Shown here: positions 1-11,367 of the stretch, one piece after another
Layout: the number at the start of each line of letters is the position of its first letter
Position numbering within the stretch: position 1 is the first letter of the stretch
From: Vulcanimicrobiota bacterium
GTDB taxonomy: Bacteria > Vulcanimicrobiota > Vulcanimicrobiia > Vulcanimicrobiales > Vulcanimicrobiaceae
Reading direction: 5' to 3'
Assembly: GCA_963786105.1 (NCBI GenBank)
Contig: CAWAXX010000014.1
Location: 32,001 to 96,000, forward strand
Length of the DNA: 64,000 nt
Notes under the pieces: model-generated
What the model saw: only the letters and a program-made list of their open reading frames with translations
What the model was told of the DNA's origin: nothing
The model's database searches: none
Made by a program: the position numbers and the translations under genes

Positions 1-40
1 CCCGCACTTCTATTGAAAAAAACTCAGCGTAAGGGCGTCC

Positions 41-922
41 TTAGCCGGGCAGCATGCACGTCCCTGTCGCCGTGGCCCGCTCGATATTCGTTAAGAAATC
101 CGTAATCTGACCGTCTATCGGCTCGAGTCGCGGCCCATAATCGGCTCGCATCGCCCGCAGGCCCAGCAGATTATCGCGATCGATCGGAAGGCGAATGCGC
201 AGCAGCGACGCCGTTTGCACGGCAAGGTCGGCCGCCCAAAACGGAATAGGGACGAATGCGACGCTTGCTTCGAGGCGCGCACACAGCGCTCGATAGAACT
301 CGCGATATGGGACCGGATCGCGCTCGGCAGCAGTAAAGGTGCCGCGCAGGTCTCGAGAAAGTGCGCCGTAGATCGCTTCGGTAAGATCGTCCACAAATAC
401 GGTTTGGAGCGGCTGGTTTCCGCCGTCGATCAAGGGCACGAAGCGATGTTGCCGCAGGTACGCGCACATCGACGCGAACAGGCCTCCGTCGCCGAGAACG
501 AGGCCGGGCCGCACGACTAACGCCCCGCGGCTTTCGAAAAGCCGTTCCAGAGCGTACTTTTGCCGTCCGTATTGTGACGCCGCTTGCTCGTGCGCGGCCA
601 AGCTCGAAAGAAACACGATCTGTTTGACACCACGCCGCTGCGCCGTTTCGAGCAGCAGCGTGCTTCCCGCAACGTTGAGTTGGAGATTCTCTCTGACCAC
701 GGCCGCATGCACGAGCGCGTCGATGCCGTCGAACAGTTCGTCGGGCAACGCCGTCCAGGCGAGATCGTAGGAGCGCCACTGCGCATCATCGGGCGCGTTG
801 AGGGGTTGCCGCCGGCCGGCTCCGACGGCGCGCCAGCCGTGCGCCGTAACACGGCGAACGAGCGCCGTTCCGATGAATCCGCCACCGCCGGTGACGAGGA
901 CGGTCGATCGTGACGGCTGCAT
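41..922 (-). CDS. NAD-dependent epimerase/dehydratase (extended SDR) family protein
   Basis: VLVTGGGGFIG Rossmann motif, FLSS, YGRQK (YxxxK), RPGLVLG. ATG at 922 overlaps a TGA (TGATG) that would end the upstream gene in the +1 frame. Confidence 0.8.
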   Translation of the reverse strand: MQPSRSTVLVTGGGGFIGTALVRRVTAHGWRAVGAGRRQPLNAPDDAQWRSYDLAWTALPDELFDGIDALVHAAVVRENLQLNVAGSTLLLETAQRRGVKQIVFLSSLAAHEQAASQYGRQKYALERLFESRGALVVRPGLVLGDGGLFASMCAYLRQHRFVPLIDGGNQPLQTVFVDDLTEAIYGALSRDLRGTFTAAERDPVPYREFYRALCARLEASVAFVPIPFWAADLAVQTASLLRIRLPIDRDNLLGLRAMRADYGPRLEPIDGQITDFLTNIERATATGTCMLPG

Positions 923-2536
923 CACGTCGCGGGCGTAGCGGCGAGGAGCCGCAACGCGATGCGCGTTGGCCATGAGCGACAGCGTCAACGGTTTTGCTGG
1001 CAGAAACGTAAAGCCGGAGCCATCGGCGACGAACACGCCTTCGGTGCCGTGCAGCCTGCCGTCCGGGCTTAACGTGAGCGGTTTCTCTTCCCGATCGAAC
1101 GGCAGCGTTCCGGCGTAGTGAATGCTGGATCCAAGCGGCGGGTGAACGCGTTTGATCGGCCAAGCTCCCAAAGTTCGCAGCGCGCGGCGGAATCCGCCCT
1201 CGCGCGCGACATGGCGGCGTTGCTCGTCGGCAGTGAGAGCGTACGCGATCGCTAGCCGGTCCGACGTGGGCGACGCCGGATCGCTCTCAATCCACAGCGC
1301 TTTGCCGTCCGAACGCGCCTGGGGATGATCGAATCCCGCAATGATGAATCCGGAGAGCAGGTACTGCATGAGGATTCGCGCGTCGCGCACGTCGAGCGGC
1401 ATCTCGCGCAGCAAACGAAAAAGCATCAACGAGCGATACGAGAAGATCGTTCCGACTGCGACGTCACTGCGGTGGCCGTCGGGGTCGTGAAAGAGCGCGA
1501 GTTGCGTGAGGCTGTTGTTTCGTTCCGGCATCGATCGGCCGATTCGCGACGGAACGAGGCACGGTACGTACGTATAGTCGTTGCACAGCAGCGGTAGCCG
1601 CGCCGAGGGAGCGATGGAGCGCAGCACGATTCGCGCCGTTCCGAGGACGCCGCATGCCAGCACTAAGCGGCGGCACGAATAGTGCCGTTCCGGTCCGCCG
1701 TCGAGATCGAGAGCCGTGACCGCGACTTCGCCGGCGCGGTTTTCGAAGCGCGTCGCGAGCGCGTTACCGGCGTAAGAAAAGTTCGCATGGCGTCGCAGTG
1801 CCTCGACGACCGGAGCGGGCCGCCACGCAGCTCCGTCGCCGTCACTGTAAAACTCCATGTCGCGCAGATCGGTCGCCGCGCGATCGCCCTTCGCCCGGCT
1901 CAAAAGCGCCAGCGCCGGCCGGCCGACGTAGTATCCTCGGGCATTCATTGCGACGCGTCGCTGTTCGTAGTTGGCGTAGAGCAGCTCTGCGGTTGGATCG
2001 AGCGGCAGCGGTGGCTGGACGTGCATCAAATTGCCGATGGTGAAGGGCCGCGCGTCGTCGCCGGCACCGGAGATGCCGATACGATCCGCGACGACTTGGT
2101 ATGCCGCGTGCAGTTCGTCGACGGGGAGCGATGCGCGTTCCAGCTCCGCGTCCGAATACACGCCGCACATCAGTCCCCAGCCGCTAGCCAGTCCGCCCAG
2201 CGCCAGGCTTTCCAGTGGTGCGAAGTTCTCGGACCGCACTTTGAGCAGTTCGTCGACGCGATCGACGATGAAACGCCGAGGCGGCGTCAGCTGCGCGCCA
2301 GCGCCGATTTTCCGAAAAGCGGCGCTCTCGAAGCGCTCGCCGAGCAAATACCGGTACTGCTCTTGCTCGCTGCGCCGGATTTCCACGAAGCTCTTTGCTG
2401 GGATGAGCTTCGACAGGTGGTCGTCGCGGCGCCCGGCGTCCAGCATGTGCACGCGCGCGCCGCCATCGACGAGCGTTTGTGCAGCCGTCGAACCGGTTGC
2501 GCCCGAACCGACGACGATGAAATCGAAGTCGGTCAC
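922..2536 (-). CDS. GMC-family FAD-dependent oxidoreductase (probable indel near 950 fuses it to the epimerase in the ORF track)
   Basis: N-terminal IVVGSGATG FAD motif; C-terminal SSIHYAGT and VFVADGS...PLTLSLMANAHRVA typical of GMC enzymes. The +1 frame reads RLLAATPAT-stop into the TGATG junction. Confidence 0.75.
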
Positions 2537-2907
2537 CGTACGAATCGCAGCAGCAACAAGCCCGCGGCCGCGAGCACTACGCCGCGAGCCACCGCGACGG
2601 CGACGGAAAGAAGGTCGCTGAGCGGTCGATCGCGTGGTAAGAAGGCGTCACAATATTCGGGTTGCGATTCGAGAACGGCAGCCATGAGCAGGACCTTCTT
2701 GCGCAACAAGGCGCTCGGGTCGATCAACGCGAGCGCCCCGTCGAGTGCGGGCATCGACCAGGGGCGGGTTGACGCAAAACGCGTCACCGGGTCGTCCGTG
2801 TCGTAGTTGAGTTCGCGTGAAGCACGAACGTACATCTCTCGCGCCGCTTTACTGAGCTCGCTTCCTAAGAGATATCGCCCAAAAACTCCGGCTTCGTCTT
2901 CCGACAT
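2533..2907 (-). CDS. hypothetical protein with C-terminal hydrophobic segment
   Basis: ATG at 2907 (MSEDEAGVFG); stop overlaps the GMC start (GTGA), consistent with an operon. Confidence 0.6.
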   Translation of the reverse strand: MSEDEAGVFGRYLLGSELSKAAREMYVRASRELNYDTDDPVTRFASTRPWSMPALDGALALIDPSALLRKKVLLMAAVLESQPEYCDAFLPRDRPLSDLLSVAVAVARGVVLAAAGLLLLRFVR

Positions 2908-2942
2908 GAGATGACGTTTTTCGAGAAGAATGGGACGCTTGC

Positions 2943-4349
2943 ATGCCTCCGCGCGCAATCGCGACCTTCGTCTTCGCCTTGCTTCTGTCCGTATCGACGT
3001 CGCACGGCGTTGCAACGGCCGGCTCGCCGCGCGCCGGACAGACCTGGCTGGTCGTCAGCGACATCCATCTCGATCCGTATCTTCGCGGCCCGAATAAGGC
3101 GCTATTCGGCAGCGATACGAACCGGGCGTTGTTCCGTTCCGCGCTTGCGGCGATGAAGCGGACGGCCCCAGATCCGGCCCTGGTTCTGCTCCCCGGCGAC
3201 TTTTTCGCGCACGATTTTGGAAGGCGAGTTTCGCGCAACGCGCGCACCCGTTCGGTCGCCGAAGAGGGCCTCCGCACGGTGCGACTGATCGCCGCTGCGT
3301 TCGGGAACGCTTTCCCACGCGCCCGCTTCGCGATCGCGCTTGGTAACAACGACGCTCCGTGCGGCGACTATCGCACCGTGTTCGATACCGCTTACATGGC
3401 TGCGGTCGCGCGCGCTTGGGCACCCCTCGTCGCGCGCGGCGGCGACGCACCGGACTTCGAGACGTCGTTCGCTCGCGACGGACACTACGCGATGTCGCTG
3501 CCGCTACGCGGCGTGCGGTTGGTCGTGATCGACGACGTCCCTTTGAGCGTCTTTTATGCAGGTAATTGCGGCAGCTATCGTACCAATGGCGCCGAAGGCG
3601 AGCTGCGGTGGCTGCAAACGACGCTGTCCGCGACTCCCGCCGGCGTGCGTAATATCGTCATGATGCACGTACCCCCAGGCTACGACGTCACGACGACCGA
3701 GCGAACCCGAGGTCTCGTGCCGTGGCGGTTCCTCGAAGCCTCAGTCAATGCCCGATTGCTTTCGATTCTGTCAGCGCCGGCGAACCGCGTCGCGTACGCA
3801 ATAGCCGGTCACGCTCACCGGTTCGACTTCCGTCTCGACGACGATGTGCCGATACTGGTGTTCGGCTCCATCTCGCCGATCTATCACAACAACCCGGCCT
3901 TTTATGCTCTCGACGTGCGCGACGACGGATCGATTCGCGATATCCAGGTTTCGGCGTTCGACGAGTGGACGCAGACGTGGCAACCGTCGCGAAGTTTCGA
4001 CGCCAAGTGGGGCACGGCGACGATCGATGCGGCATCCTTGGCCTCGTTGCACGCGCGTCTGGAGAACCAACCGAAGATGCGGCTGGCCTGGGACGCTGCC
4101 TCCAGCGGCTGGCCTTCGAACCGGCGCCTGGCTTGGGGCTTATGGGGCAGTTCGTGGCGCATTCCGTGGTGCGCGCAAACATCGCTGGGCGACGGCTTTC
4201 CGTGGTGCGCCGGACTGGTTGGTCGCGTTTGGCTCTTCCGAAGTGCGATCGCGCTAACGGTACTGTGTGCTGCGGTGCTGGTTGCGATCCTGGCGCGCCG
4301 CATCCGGCGCGCCCTTCGACGCCGCCGGCTTCTTGTACCCGATCGTTAG
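2943..4349 (+). CDS. secreted calcineurin-like metallophosphoesterase, acid sphingomyelinase-like, with C-terminal membrane anchor
   Basis: Signal peptide; SDIHLDP, GDFFAHD, GNND, MHVPPG, GHAH and SISP..NNP motifs; C-terminal TM helix followed by an Arg-rich tail. Confidence 0.8.
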   Translation: MPPRAIATFVFALLLSVSTSHGVATAGSPRAGQTWLVVSDIHLDPYLRGPNKALFGSDTNRALFRSALAAMKRTAPDPALVLLPGDFFAHDFGRRVSRNARTRSVAEEGLRTVRLIAAAFGNAFPRARFAIALGNNDAPCGDYRTVFDTAYMAAVARAWAPLVARGGDAPDFETSFARDGHYAMSLPLRGVRLVVIDDVPLSVFYAGNCGSYRTNGAEGELRWLQTTLSATPAGVRNIVMMHVPPGYDVTTTERTRGLVPWRFLEASVNARLLSILSAPANRVAYAIAGHAHRFDFRLDDDVPILVFGSISPIYHNNPAFYALDVRDDGSIRDIQVSAFDEWTQTWQPSRSFDAKWGTATIDAASLASLHARLENQPKMRLAWDAASSGWPSNRRLAWGLWGSSWRIPWCAQTSLGDGFPWCAGLVGRVWLFRSAIALTVLCAAVLVAILARRIRRALRRRRLLVPDR

Positions 4350-5624
4350 CGCCAACCAGGACGGCAATCGCGCGTTGAGTTTCGAAAGCGCGTGAGCGCG
4401 TAGATGCTGGGGCGGATGCGCCGCTTTGCGGGCGGCGATAGGCGGGCGTGGAACGGGAACGAACGAACTACCGCTCCAAACGACGGCGCCGATGATGAGA
4501 AGCGCGAAAGCCAGTACGGCGGCTTTCAGCGATGGCCGCAACGCCGTTCGGGAGTCGATGCCGTCCATGTAGCTGTTGCGCAGCATCTGGTCGGTGTGGT
4601 AAGCCGAACGCCCCGTCACGCCTGAGAAGAAATCCGAAAACGCGTGGATCACGGCGAAGAGTCGCGTGAATTCGAGCCGGAACAACTTCGGCGCGATGGA
4701 GCGCACGGCAAAGTATCCGAAAGCCGTCGGCGCAGCGATCGGATAAAATTTCCAGACCAATCGGAGCATATTCCGGACGGCGTAATAGTCGTGCACCGGG
4801 CTCTTGAAGCCGATCGAGTGCGACTGCTTGTGCCAGACGGTCGCTTTCGAGCAACAGTATAGCTTCCAGCCGGCACGGCGCATCCGTATGCACCAGTCGG
4901 TCTCTTCGCGGTAGAGAAAATACGACTCGTCGATGAGTCCGACGGCGCAGATCGCTTCGGCGCGTACGAGAAGGCTGGCGCCAACGATGTGATCGAGCGG
5001 GATCGACTTATCTCCGACGGCTGCAGCCTTCTCGCCGCTATGCAGCTGCGTGTCGTGACATAACACCGGAATGATGTGTCCGCCACCCATCGCCTGGATC
5101 GTGTCGGGAGCGTCGAAGCGGAGAAGCTTCGATCCCACGATCCCGATCGACGCATCGGCGTCGGCGACTTCGAGCATGCGCTCGAGCGCGTCGGCATCGG
5201 CGACCGTGTCGTTGTTTAAGATCCAAACGTACTCTGCGTTCGAGCGATCGATGGCATAGCGAATGCCGATATTATTGCCGTACGCGTATCCGCCGTTCTC
5301 GGGTAACTCGATCAAAACCAGCGGAGCGTGCGCGTGTACGCCTTCGAGAGCTTCCTGGGGATTGCGGAATGTGACGAAACCTTCGTGGCTCGCGCCCCAG
5401 CGGCGCAGACGAGCGACCGAATCATCGCGCGACCCGTTGTCGCAGATGACGATCTGATGCGGCACGTGTGTTGACGCGAGGAGGCTTTCGACACAGGCGA
5501 TCGTGTCGGACCACGCGTTCCAGTTGAGAACGACCGCAACCACGCGCGAAGGGAAACCGAAAGTTTCTCGGCCCACACCCGGTCGCACACCCACGACGGA
5601 CGCCAACGCTGCTCCCCCTGACAT
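4254..5624 (-). CDS. GT2 family glycosyltransferase with C-terminal TM extension
   Basis: VVLNWN, DNGSRD, NGGYAYGNN, LNNDT and FLYREETDWC motifs. Start chosen at ATG 5624; 3' end overlaps the convergent gene. Confidence 0.8.
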   Translation of the reverse strand: MSGGAALASVVGVRPGVGRETFGFPSRVVAVVLNWNAWSDTIACVESLLASTHVPHQIVICDNGSRDDSVARLRRWGASHEGFVTFRNPQEALEGVHAHAPLVLIELPENGGYAYGNNIGIRYAIDRSNAEYVWILNNDTVADADALERMLEVADADASIGIVGSKLLRFDAPDTIQAMGGGHIIPVLCHDTQLHSGEKAAAVGDKSIPLDHIVGASLLVRAEAICAVGLIDESYFLYREETDWCIRMRRAGWKLYCCSKATVWHKQSHSIGFKSPVHDYYAVRNMLRLVWKFYPIAAPTAFGYFAVRSIAPKLFRLEFTRLFAVIHAFSDFFSGVTGRSAYHTDQMLRNSYMDGIDSRTALRPSLKAAVLAFALLIIGAVVWSGSSFVPVPRPPIAARKAAHPPQHLRAHALSKLNARLPSWLALTIGYKKPAASKGAPDAARQDRNQHRSTQYR

Positions 5625-5826
5625 AAAATCGTCCCGTCTACAAATTGCTCGAGGGAATCGACCGGTGGAATTGGCCCTCCGCTCGCCTAGTCCTGCTACT
5701 GGAACGAGCGTCACCAGCCGACATTTTATAATTGATTTAATGACTTAAGTTATCGATTAGGGATTTGGCGCCCGGCGAATCGCGAGGAAAGGTTCCGTTC
5801 CGAGCCCGCCGTAAGTTGCTGACGGT

Positions 5827-7100
5827 TTGAACGCTTCGAGTAGTTCCGCGCCCCTTCGCCGGCGCGTCGTCGTTACGGGCCTGGGCGCGGTCACTCCCAT
5901 CGGCAACAATCGCGCCGATTTCTGGCAACGCCTGGTCGCCGGCGAATCCGGCGTCGCTCCAATCACTGCCTTTGACGCCGCCGATTTCGCCACGCGCATC
6001 GCGGCCGAGGTCAAGGATTTTAGGCCGGACGACCTGCTGGGGCGAAAGGACGCGCGCCGGATGGACCGCTTCACCCAGTTCGCGGTGGTAGCGGCGAGCG
6101 AGGCAATCGAAGACGCGAACCTGCCCGACGACGAGGCTTTCAAGGAACGCACCGGCGCGGTCCTCGGGACGGGAATCGGCGGAATCATCACGTTCTGGCT
6201 CAACTCAGTTAAGGCAAACGAAAACGGAACGTGGTCGAAAGTCACGCCCTTCTTCATTCCGATGCTGATGGCCAATGCCGAAGCGGCCCACATTTCGATG
6301 CGGCATCATTTCAAGGGGCCAATTTTTCGGCCGCCAGTGCCTGTGCGAGCGCCAACGACGCGATTGTGACGGCCTACAACTACATCGCCTACGGCGACGC
6401 CGACGCGATGATCACCGGCGGCAGCGAAGCGACGGTTTCGCCGCTGGCAATCGGCGGCTTTGCGTCGATGCGCGCGATGTCGACGCGCAACGACGACCCC
6501 ACGCGCGCCAGCCGCCCGTTCGATCGCGAGCGCGACGGATTCGTACTCGGCGAAGGCGCGGGCGTGCTCGTGCTCGAGGAGCTCGAAAGTGCAAAGGCGC
6601 GCGGGGCGAGGATCTACTGCGAAATCCTCGGATACGGGCAGTCGGCCGACGCGTACGATTTGGTAGCGGTGGACCCCGACGGCAGCGGCGTCATGCTGGC
6701 ATTGACGCGTGCGTTCGCCAAGGCCGGCATCGAACCAAAAGACGTCGATTACATCAACGCGCACGGCACCTCGACGCCGATCGGCGATCCAGCCGAATCG
6801 AAGGCCATTGAAATGGCCTTCGGCGATCACGCTACCAAAATGGGCGTCAGCTCTACGAAATCCATGCACGGACACGCACTCGGGGCGGCCGGCGGAATCG
6901 AGGGCGTCGCCACCGTGATGGCCGTGGTTGAAGACGTCATGCCGCCGACGATCAACTACGAATTCCCCGATCCGGAATGCACGCTCGACTACGTCCCCAA
7001 CGTAGCTCGCAGCGCGCCGGTTCGAATCGCACTTTCGAACTCGTTCGGTTTCGGCGGCCACAACAGCGTCATCGTCTTCGGCAAAGTACGCGATTCGTAA
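5827..7100 (+). CDS. fabF: beta-ketoacyl-ACP synthase II (frameshift in T5 run at 6323-6327)
   Basis: RRVVVTGLG, SACAS catalytic Cys, NAHGTST, KSMHGH, SNSFGFGGHN. The two ORF halves join as GPIFSAASACA if one T is added. Confidence 0.92.
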
Positions 7101-7804
7101 TGGCGGGCGAGTCGGGACGCCGGCGTTTGCGCGCCCTTCTTCGTCTGGCCGGCGTTCGCAGCGCGGGCGACCTTGCGATCACCGAGAAGGCGTTCGTGCA
7201 CGAGAGCCACGCGAAGGAACGCGGCGGCGCTTCCAACGAGCGGATGGAGTTTTTGGGCGACTCGGTGCTTGGATTCATCACCGCGAGTTGGCTATTCGAG
7301 TGCTTCGGCGAGGAGCCCGAAGGTTTGCTCACGCTGCGCAAAGCGGCTATCGTCAACGACGTACAGCTCGCAATGACCGCGCGGCGTTTGGGTTTTTCCG
7401 ACCTGGTGCAGCTCGGTACCGGTTTGCGCAGCTCGGGGGGCGCCGACAACACGTCGGTTCTGGCCGACGCGTTCGAGGCATTCGTCGCCGCCGTCTACCT
7501 CGGGTACGGGCTGGAGAGAGCGCGGAAATTCGTGATCGCCGAGCACGTCGAGCGACTCGATCACTCGACCGGGGCGCCAATCGATTCGAAGTCGCGCCTG
7601 CAGCATTACGCCCAAGAGCATCTGTCGGCGACGCCGGTCTACCGCGAAACCAGCCGCGGCACGCCGCAGCAGCCTGCCTTTAGCTCGCGCGTGACGGTAA
7701 AAGGAAAAACGTTAGGAAAGGGCACCGGTCCCTCGAAGAAGGCGGCGCAGCAGGCGGCCGCCGAGGCGGCGCTGACGTCCTTGCTGACGCAATCGCAACC
7801 GTGA
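7100..7804 (+). CDS. rnc: ribonuclease III
   Basis: NERMEFLGDSVL signature, ADAFEA, C-terminal dsRBD (SKKAAQQAAA); TAATG coupling to fabF. Confidence 0.95.
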   Translation: MAGESGRRRLRALLRLAGVRSAGDLAITEKAFVHESHAKERGGASNERMEFLGDSVLGFITASWLFECFGEEPEGLLTLRKAAIVNDVQLAMTARRLGFSDLVQLGTGLRSSGGADNTSVLADAFEAFVAAVYLGYGLERARKFVIAEHVERLDHSTGAPIDSKSRLQHYAQEHLSATPVYRETSRGTPQQPAFSSRVTVKGKTLGKGTGPSKKAAQQAAAEAALTSLLTQSQP

Positions 7805-10800
7805 AACTCAAAAAGATCAAGTCCTTCGGGTTCAAGACGTTCGCCGATCCCACCACGCTCGAATTCGGCGGGGGCATCACCGCCATCGTTGGACCCAACG
7901 GCTCCGGAAAGTCGAATCTCGTCGACGCGTTTCGCTGGGTGCTCGGCGAGACGTCGAGCAAGAGTTTGCGCGGCGGGAAACTCGAGGACGTGATCTTCGC
8001 CGGCAACGATAACCGCAAGCCGCTCGGTCTTGCGGAGGTGTCGGTGCTCTTCGATAATACCGACGGCCGCTTGCCGATTGAGTTCTCCGAGGTCGAAATT
8101 ACGCGCCGGGCCTATCGTGTCGGCGAAAGCGAATACTTTATCAACCGCACCGCCGTGCGGCTGCGCGACATTCTCGATTTGCTGATGGGCACCGGCTTGG
8201 GATCGGGATCGTACGCGATCGTTTCGCAGGGGCAAGTCGATGCGATCCTCACGAGCAAGCCCACCGATCGCCGCGCGTTGTTCGAAGAGACCGCCGGCAT
8301 CAACAAGTTCCTCTCGCGCAAAGCCGAATCGATGCGCCGGCTCGATCAGACCGAACAGAACGCCATTCGCATCAGCGATTTGATTTCCGAGTTGGAACAC
8401 CGCGTCCCCGAACTCGAAACCCAGGTGCGGCGCGCGAAACGTTATCGCAAGGTCAGCGGGCGGGTTCGCGATCTCGAAATCCTCGGATACCTTCGTGCCG
8501 GGGCGTCTCGGCGAGCCGAACGCGAAACGCTGCGTTCGGCTCTGGAGAAGAACGAGGAGACGCGCAGCATCGCTGCGGCCAAAGCTGCGACGTTGGGAGC
8601 GCAGTTGTCGGACGTGCGAACGCGCGTGTACCGTCAGGAGCTGCAGCTCGAAGAACTCCGCTCGAACGCCCAGAGCAAGCGCGCCGAGCTGGCGCGCATC
8701 GAAGCGGACTACGCGGCGACGCTCGCCCGGCGCGAAGCGCTCGAACGTCAATCCACGCAGACCTCCGAGGACGTCGCCCGCGTCGCCCAAGAACGCGACG
8801 CGCTCACGGCCGCCGTCGGCGGTTTAGACGAACGGCTGGCGCCGCTCGCGAGCGAGATCGAGGGCGCGCGTGAAGGCGAACTCGCCGCTCAAACCGCGCT
8901 TGCTCAAGCCCGCGCACGGCTCGATGCGGTTTTTACCGAGCTGCGCCAGGTGGAATCCGGTGCCGCCGAACACGCAGCCAAGAAAGCCGAGCGGCGCGTG
9001 CAGGCCGAGAATCTACGCTCTCAGGCCGAGCGTTTCGACGAAGAGCTTCGCAACGCGCGGGAGCGCGCGTCGCAGGCCGAAATCGCTGCCGGCGGCGCGG
9101 CGCATCGCCACGCGGAACGCAAGCGACATATCGGCGCGTTGGACTCGGCCCAACTCGACGCCCGCGGACGCGTCGAAGACGCCGAGCGCGAAGTTGCGCT
9201 CGCGCAAGAAGAACTCTCGCACGCCCTCGCCGCCCACCGCGATCGAACCGCCGAGACGACCGGCGCCGAATCGCGCCTGCACACGATCGAAGAGTTGGAA
9301 AACTCGCTCGAAGGGCACGTCCCCGGCACGCGATCGATCGTGGATGCGTGGCAGCGCGGCGAGTTGAGAGGCATCGAGGGCATCGTTTCCAACCTCATCA
9401 CCACCGACGAGCGGTACGCGCGCGCCATGGACGTGGCATTCGGTGCCCGTCTCTCGAACGTCGTGACCCGAACGTCGGAGGACGCAGAGCGCGCCATCGA
9501 GTTCCTCAACCGCAAGGAAAGCGGGCGCGCAACGTTCCTTCCCCTCGACACGCTGGCGAATCGAGAAGGCCGGCATCTCGGCGGCGACCTCAGCGCGATG
9601 CCGGGCGTCATTGGGTACGCGCACTCGCTCGTCGGCACCGAACCGCAGTATCGCGGCATCGTGAACTTCCTAGTCGGCAACGTGCTCATCGTCGATCAAC
9701 TCAAAACCGGCATCGACTTGGTGCGCGAACGCGGACTGCGCGACACGGTGGTGACGCTCACCGGCGAACAAATCACCGGCGGTGGAGCAATTACCGGCGG
9801 ACGCTTCCAGCGCGAGCGCTCGATCCTATCGCGGCGAGTCCAGGCGCAGGGCTTGCGCGAAGCGCTGGTGGAGTTGCGCGCGAAGCTTCGTGAAAGCGAA
9901 GGCTCGTTGCACGGTGCGCACCAGCGCACCGAGGCGGCGATCGTCAATCGCGACCGCGAGCGCGAGGCGCTGGCCCGCGTCGAGCTCCAGCTGGCGCAAG
10001 CCCGCACCGAGATTTTGGCGCTCGACAACGAGGTCGTGCGGCTGCAAGCGGAACTCACGGCCGCGCGCGGACAGGTAACCGACCTCTCCGACAACGCGCG
10101 CCGCGCGCGCGACGCCGAACGCGGCTTCGAACAGGTCGAGCCGCAGGAAGCGCGCAGCGATGCCGATCGGACGCGGCTCGAGGAAGATCTAGCGCGAGTA
10201 CGCGGCGATATCGCGCGGGCCGAAGCGACGCAACTCGCGGCCAGCGCACGGGCCGCCGACTTGCGCGAACGCGCCGCCGGGCTGGCGGCCGAGCGGGATG
10301 CGGCCAAGGCGCGGTTGGGAATGCTCGACCAAGACGGCGAGCGCGCGCGCGTGGCGCGCGAAGAAATGCTCGCGCAGATCGCCTCGCTGGCCGGGCAAAC
10401 GCGGACGTCCCACGCGCACGTCGAAGGTTTGCGTCGCGGCGTCAGCGATCTCGACGCCCAGCTTGACGCCGCTCGCCGCGAACGTGAAACGCTGGTCGAT
10501 CGCCAAACGCAACTCGAGTCGGACGTGCGCATGGCAGAAAACGAGGAGCGCGATGCCAATGCCGGCGGCGAGCGCCATCGCATGCGCCTGGCCGAGATCG
10601 AAGCCGAGCTCGGAATGCTGGTCTCGCAGTTCGCGCAGAATCCGGCAACCGACGACGAGTGCCGCGACGTCGAAACGCGCTACCGCGAAGAACCCGACGG
10701 CGTCGTGGACGATTTGCCGCGGCTCCGCGACGAGCTGGGTCGCCTTTCAGCCAACGTAAACCTGAACGCCGAGACGGAGCGCCAGGAAGTGATGGAGCGC

Positions 10801-11367
10801 GAAGCGTTTCTGCGCGCGCAGCTCGACGATCTCGCGCGGGCTCGCGAAACGCTGCTCGAATCGATTCGCGAAATCGAGCAGCAAACGCAAGTGCAGTTCA
10901 ACGAGATGTTCGAGAAAGTTTCGCGCGCGTTCGCCGAGATGTATCCAAAATTGTTCCCGGGCGGCCAAGCCAAAATGTGGCAGACCAATCCGGAGAACCT
11001 TTCGGAGACCGGCATCGAGATCGCCGTGCAGCCGCCGGGCAAAAAACAAATGCCGCTTGCCGCCCTTTCGGGCGGCGAACGGGCGATGACCGCGGCGGCG
11101 CTGATTTTCGCGCTGATTGCGGTCAAGCCGTCGCCGTTCTATCTGCTCGACGAAGTCGACGCGGCCCTAGACGATGCCAACGTCGAACGCTTCTCTGAAA
11201 TGGTCAAGAGTTTTGCGGCGGACTCCCAGATGATCATCGTTACGCACAACAAGAAAACGATGGAAATGGCCGACCGGCTGTACGGCGTCACGATGGGCGA
11301 AGCCGGTATCAGTACGATCGTGTCGGCCGAGCTGTCGCCGCGGGAGCCGGAGCTCGCGCTTGCCTGA
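7801..11367 (+). CDS. smc: chromosome segregation protein SMC
   Basis: Walker A GPNGSGKSN, coiled coils, hinge GRATFLPL, LSGGE signature, Walker B LLDEVDAALD. Confidence 0.97.
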   Translation: MKLKKIKSFGFKTFADPTTLEFGGGITAIVGPNGSGKSNLVDAFRWVLGETSSKSLRGGKLEDVIFAGNDNRKPLGLAEVSVLFDNTDGRLPIEFSEVEITRRAYRVGESEYFINRTAVRLRDILDLLMGTGLGSGSYAIVSQGQVDAILTSKPTDRRALFEETAGINKFLSRKAESMRRLDQTEQNAIRISDLISELEHRVPELETQVRRAKRYRKVSGRVRDLEILGYLRAGASRRAERETLRSALEKNEETRSIAAAKAATLGAQLSDVRTRVYRQELQLEELRSNAQSKRAELARIEADYAATLARREALERQSTQTSEDVARVAQERDALTAAVGGLDERLAPLASEIEGAREGELAAQTALAQARARLDAVFTELRQVESGAAEHAAKKAERRVQAENLRSQAERFDEELRNARERASQAEIAAGGAAHRHAERKRHIGALDSAQLDARGRVEDAEREVALAQEELSHALAAHRDRTAETTGAESRLHTIEELENSLEGHVPGTRSIVDAWQRGELRGIEGIVSNLITTDERYARAMDVAFGARLSNVVTRTSEDAERAIEFLNRKESGRATFLPLDTLANREGRHLGGDLSAMPGVIGYAHSLVGTEPQYRGIVNFLVGNVLIVDQLKTGIDLVRERGLRDTVVTLTGEQITGGGAITGGRFQRERSILSRRVQAQGLREALVELRAKLRESEGSLHGAHQRTEAAIVNRDREREALARVELQLAQARTEILALDNEVVRLQAELTAARGQVTDLSDNARRARDAERGFEQVEPQEARSDADRTRLEEDLARVRGDIARAEATQLAASARAADLRERAAGLAAERDAAKARLGMLDQDGERARVAREEMLAQIASLAGQTRTSHAHVEGLRRGVSDLDAQLDAARRERETLVDRQTQLESDVRMAENEERDANAGGERHRMRLAEIEAELGMLVSQFAQNPATDDECRDVETRYREEPDGVVDDLPRLRDELGRLSANVNLNAETERQEVMEREAFLRAQLDDLARARETLLESIREIEQQTQVQFNEMFEKVSRAFAEMYPKLFPGGQAKMWQTNPENLSETGIEIAVQPPGKKQMPLAALSGGERAMTAAALIFALIAVKPSPFYLLDEVDAALDDANVERFSEMVKSFAADSQMIIVTHNKKTMEMADRLYGVTMGEAGISTIVSAELSPREPELALA

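Noticed and set aside
41..2536. 831-aa GMC-epimerase fusion as a novel bifunctional enzyme
   Set aside because: A TGATG stop/start junction sits at the domain boundary in the +1 frame; a 2-nt loss in a CG run explains the fusion. Not excluded without reads.
6323..6327. Programmed frameshift or pseudogenisation of fabF
   Set aside because: Simple homopolymer shortening in a housekeeping gene, one of several similar indels; no slippery heptamer with a downstream structure seen.
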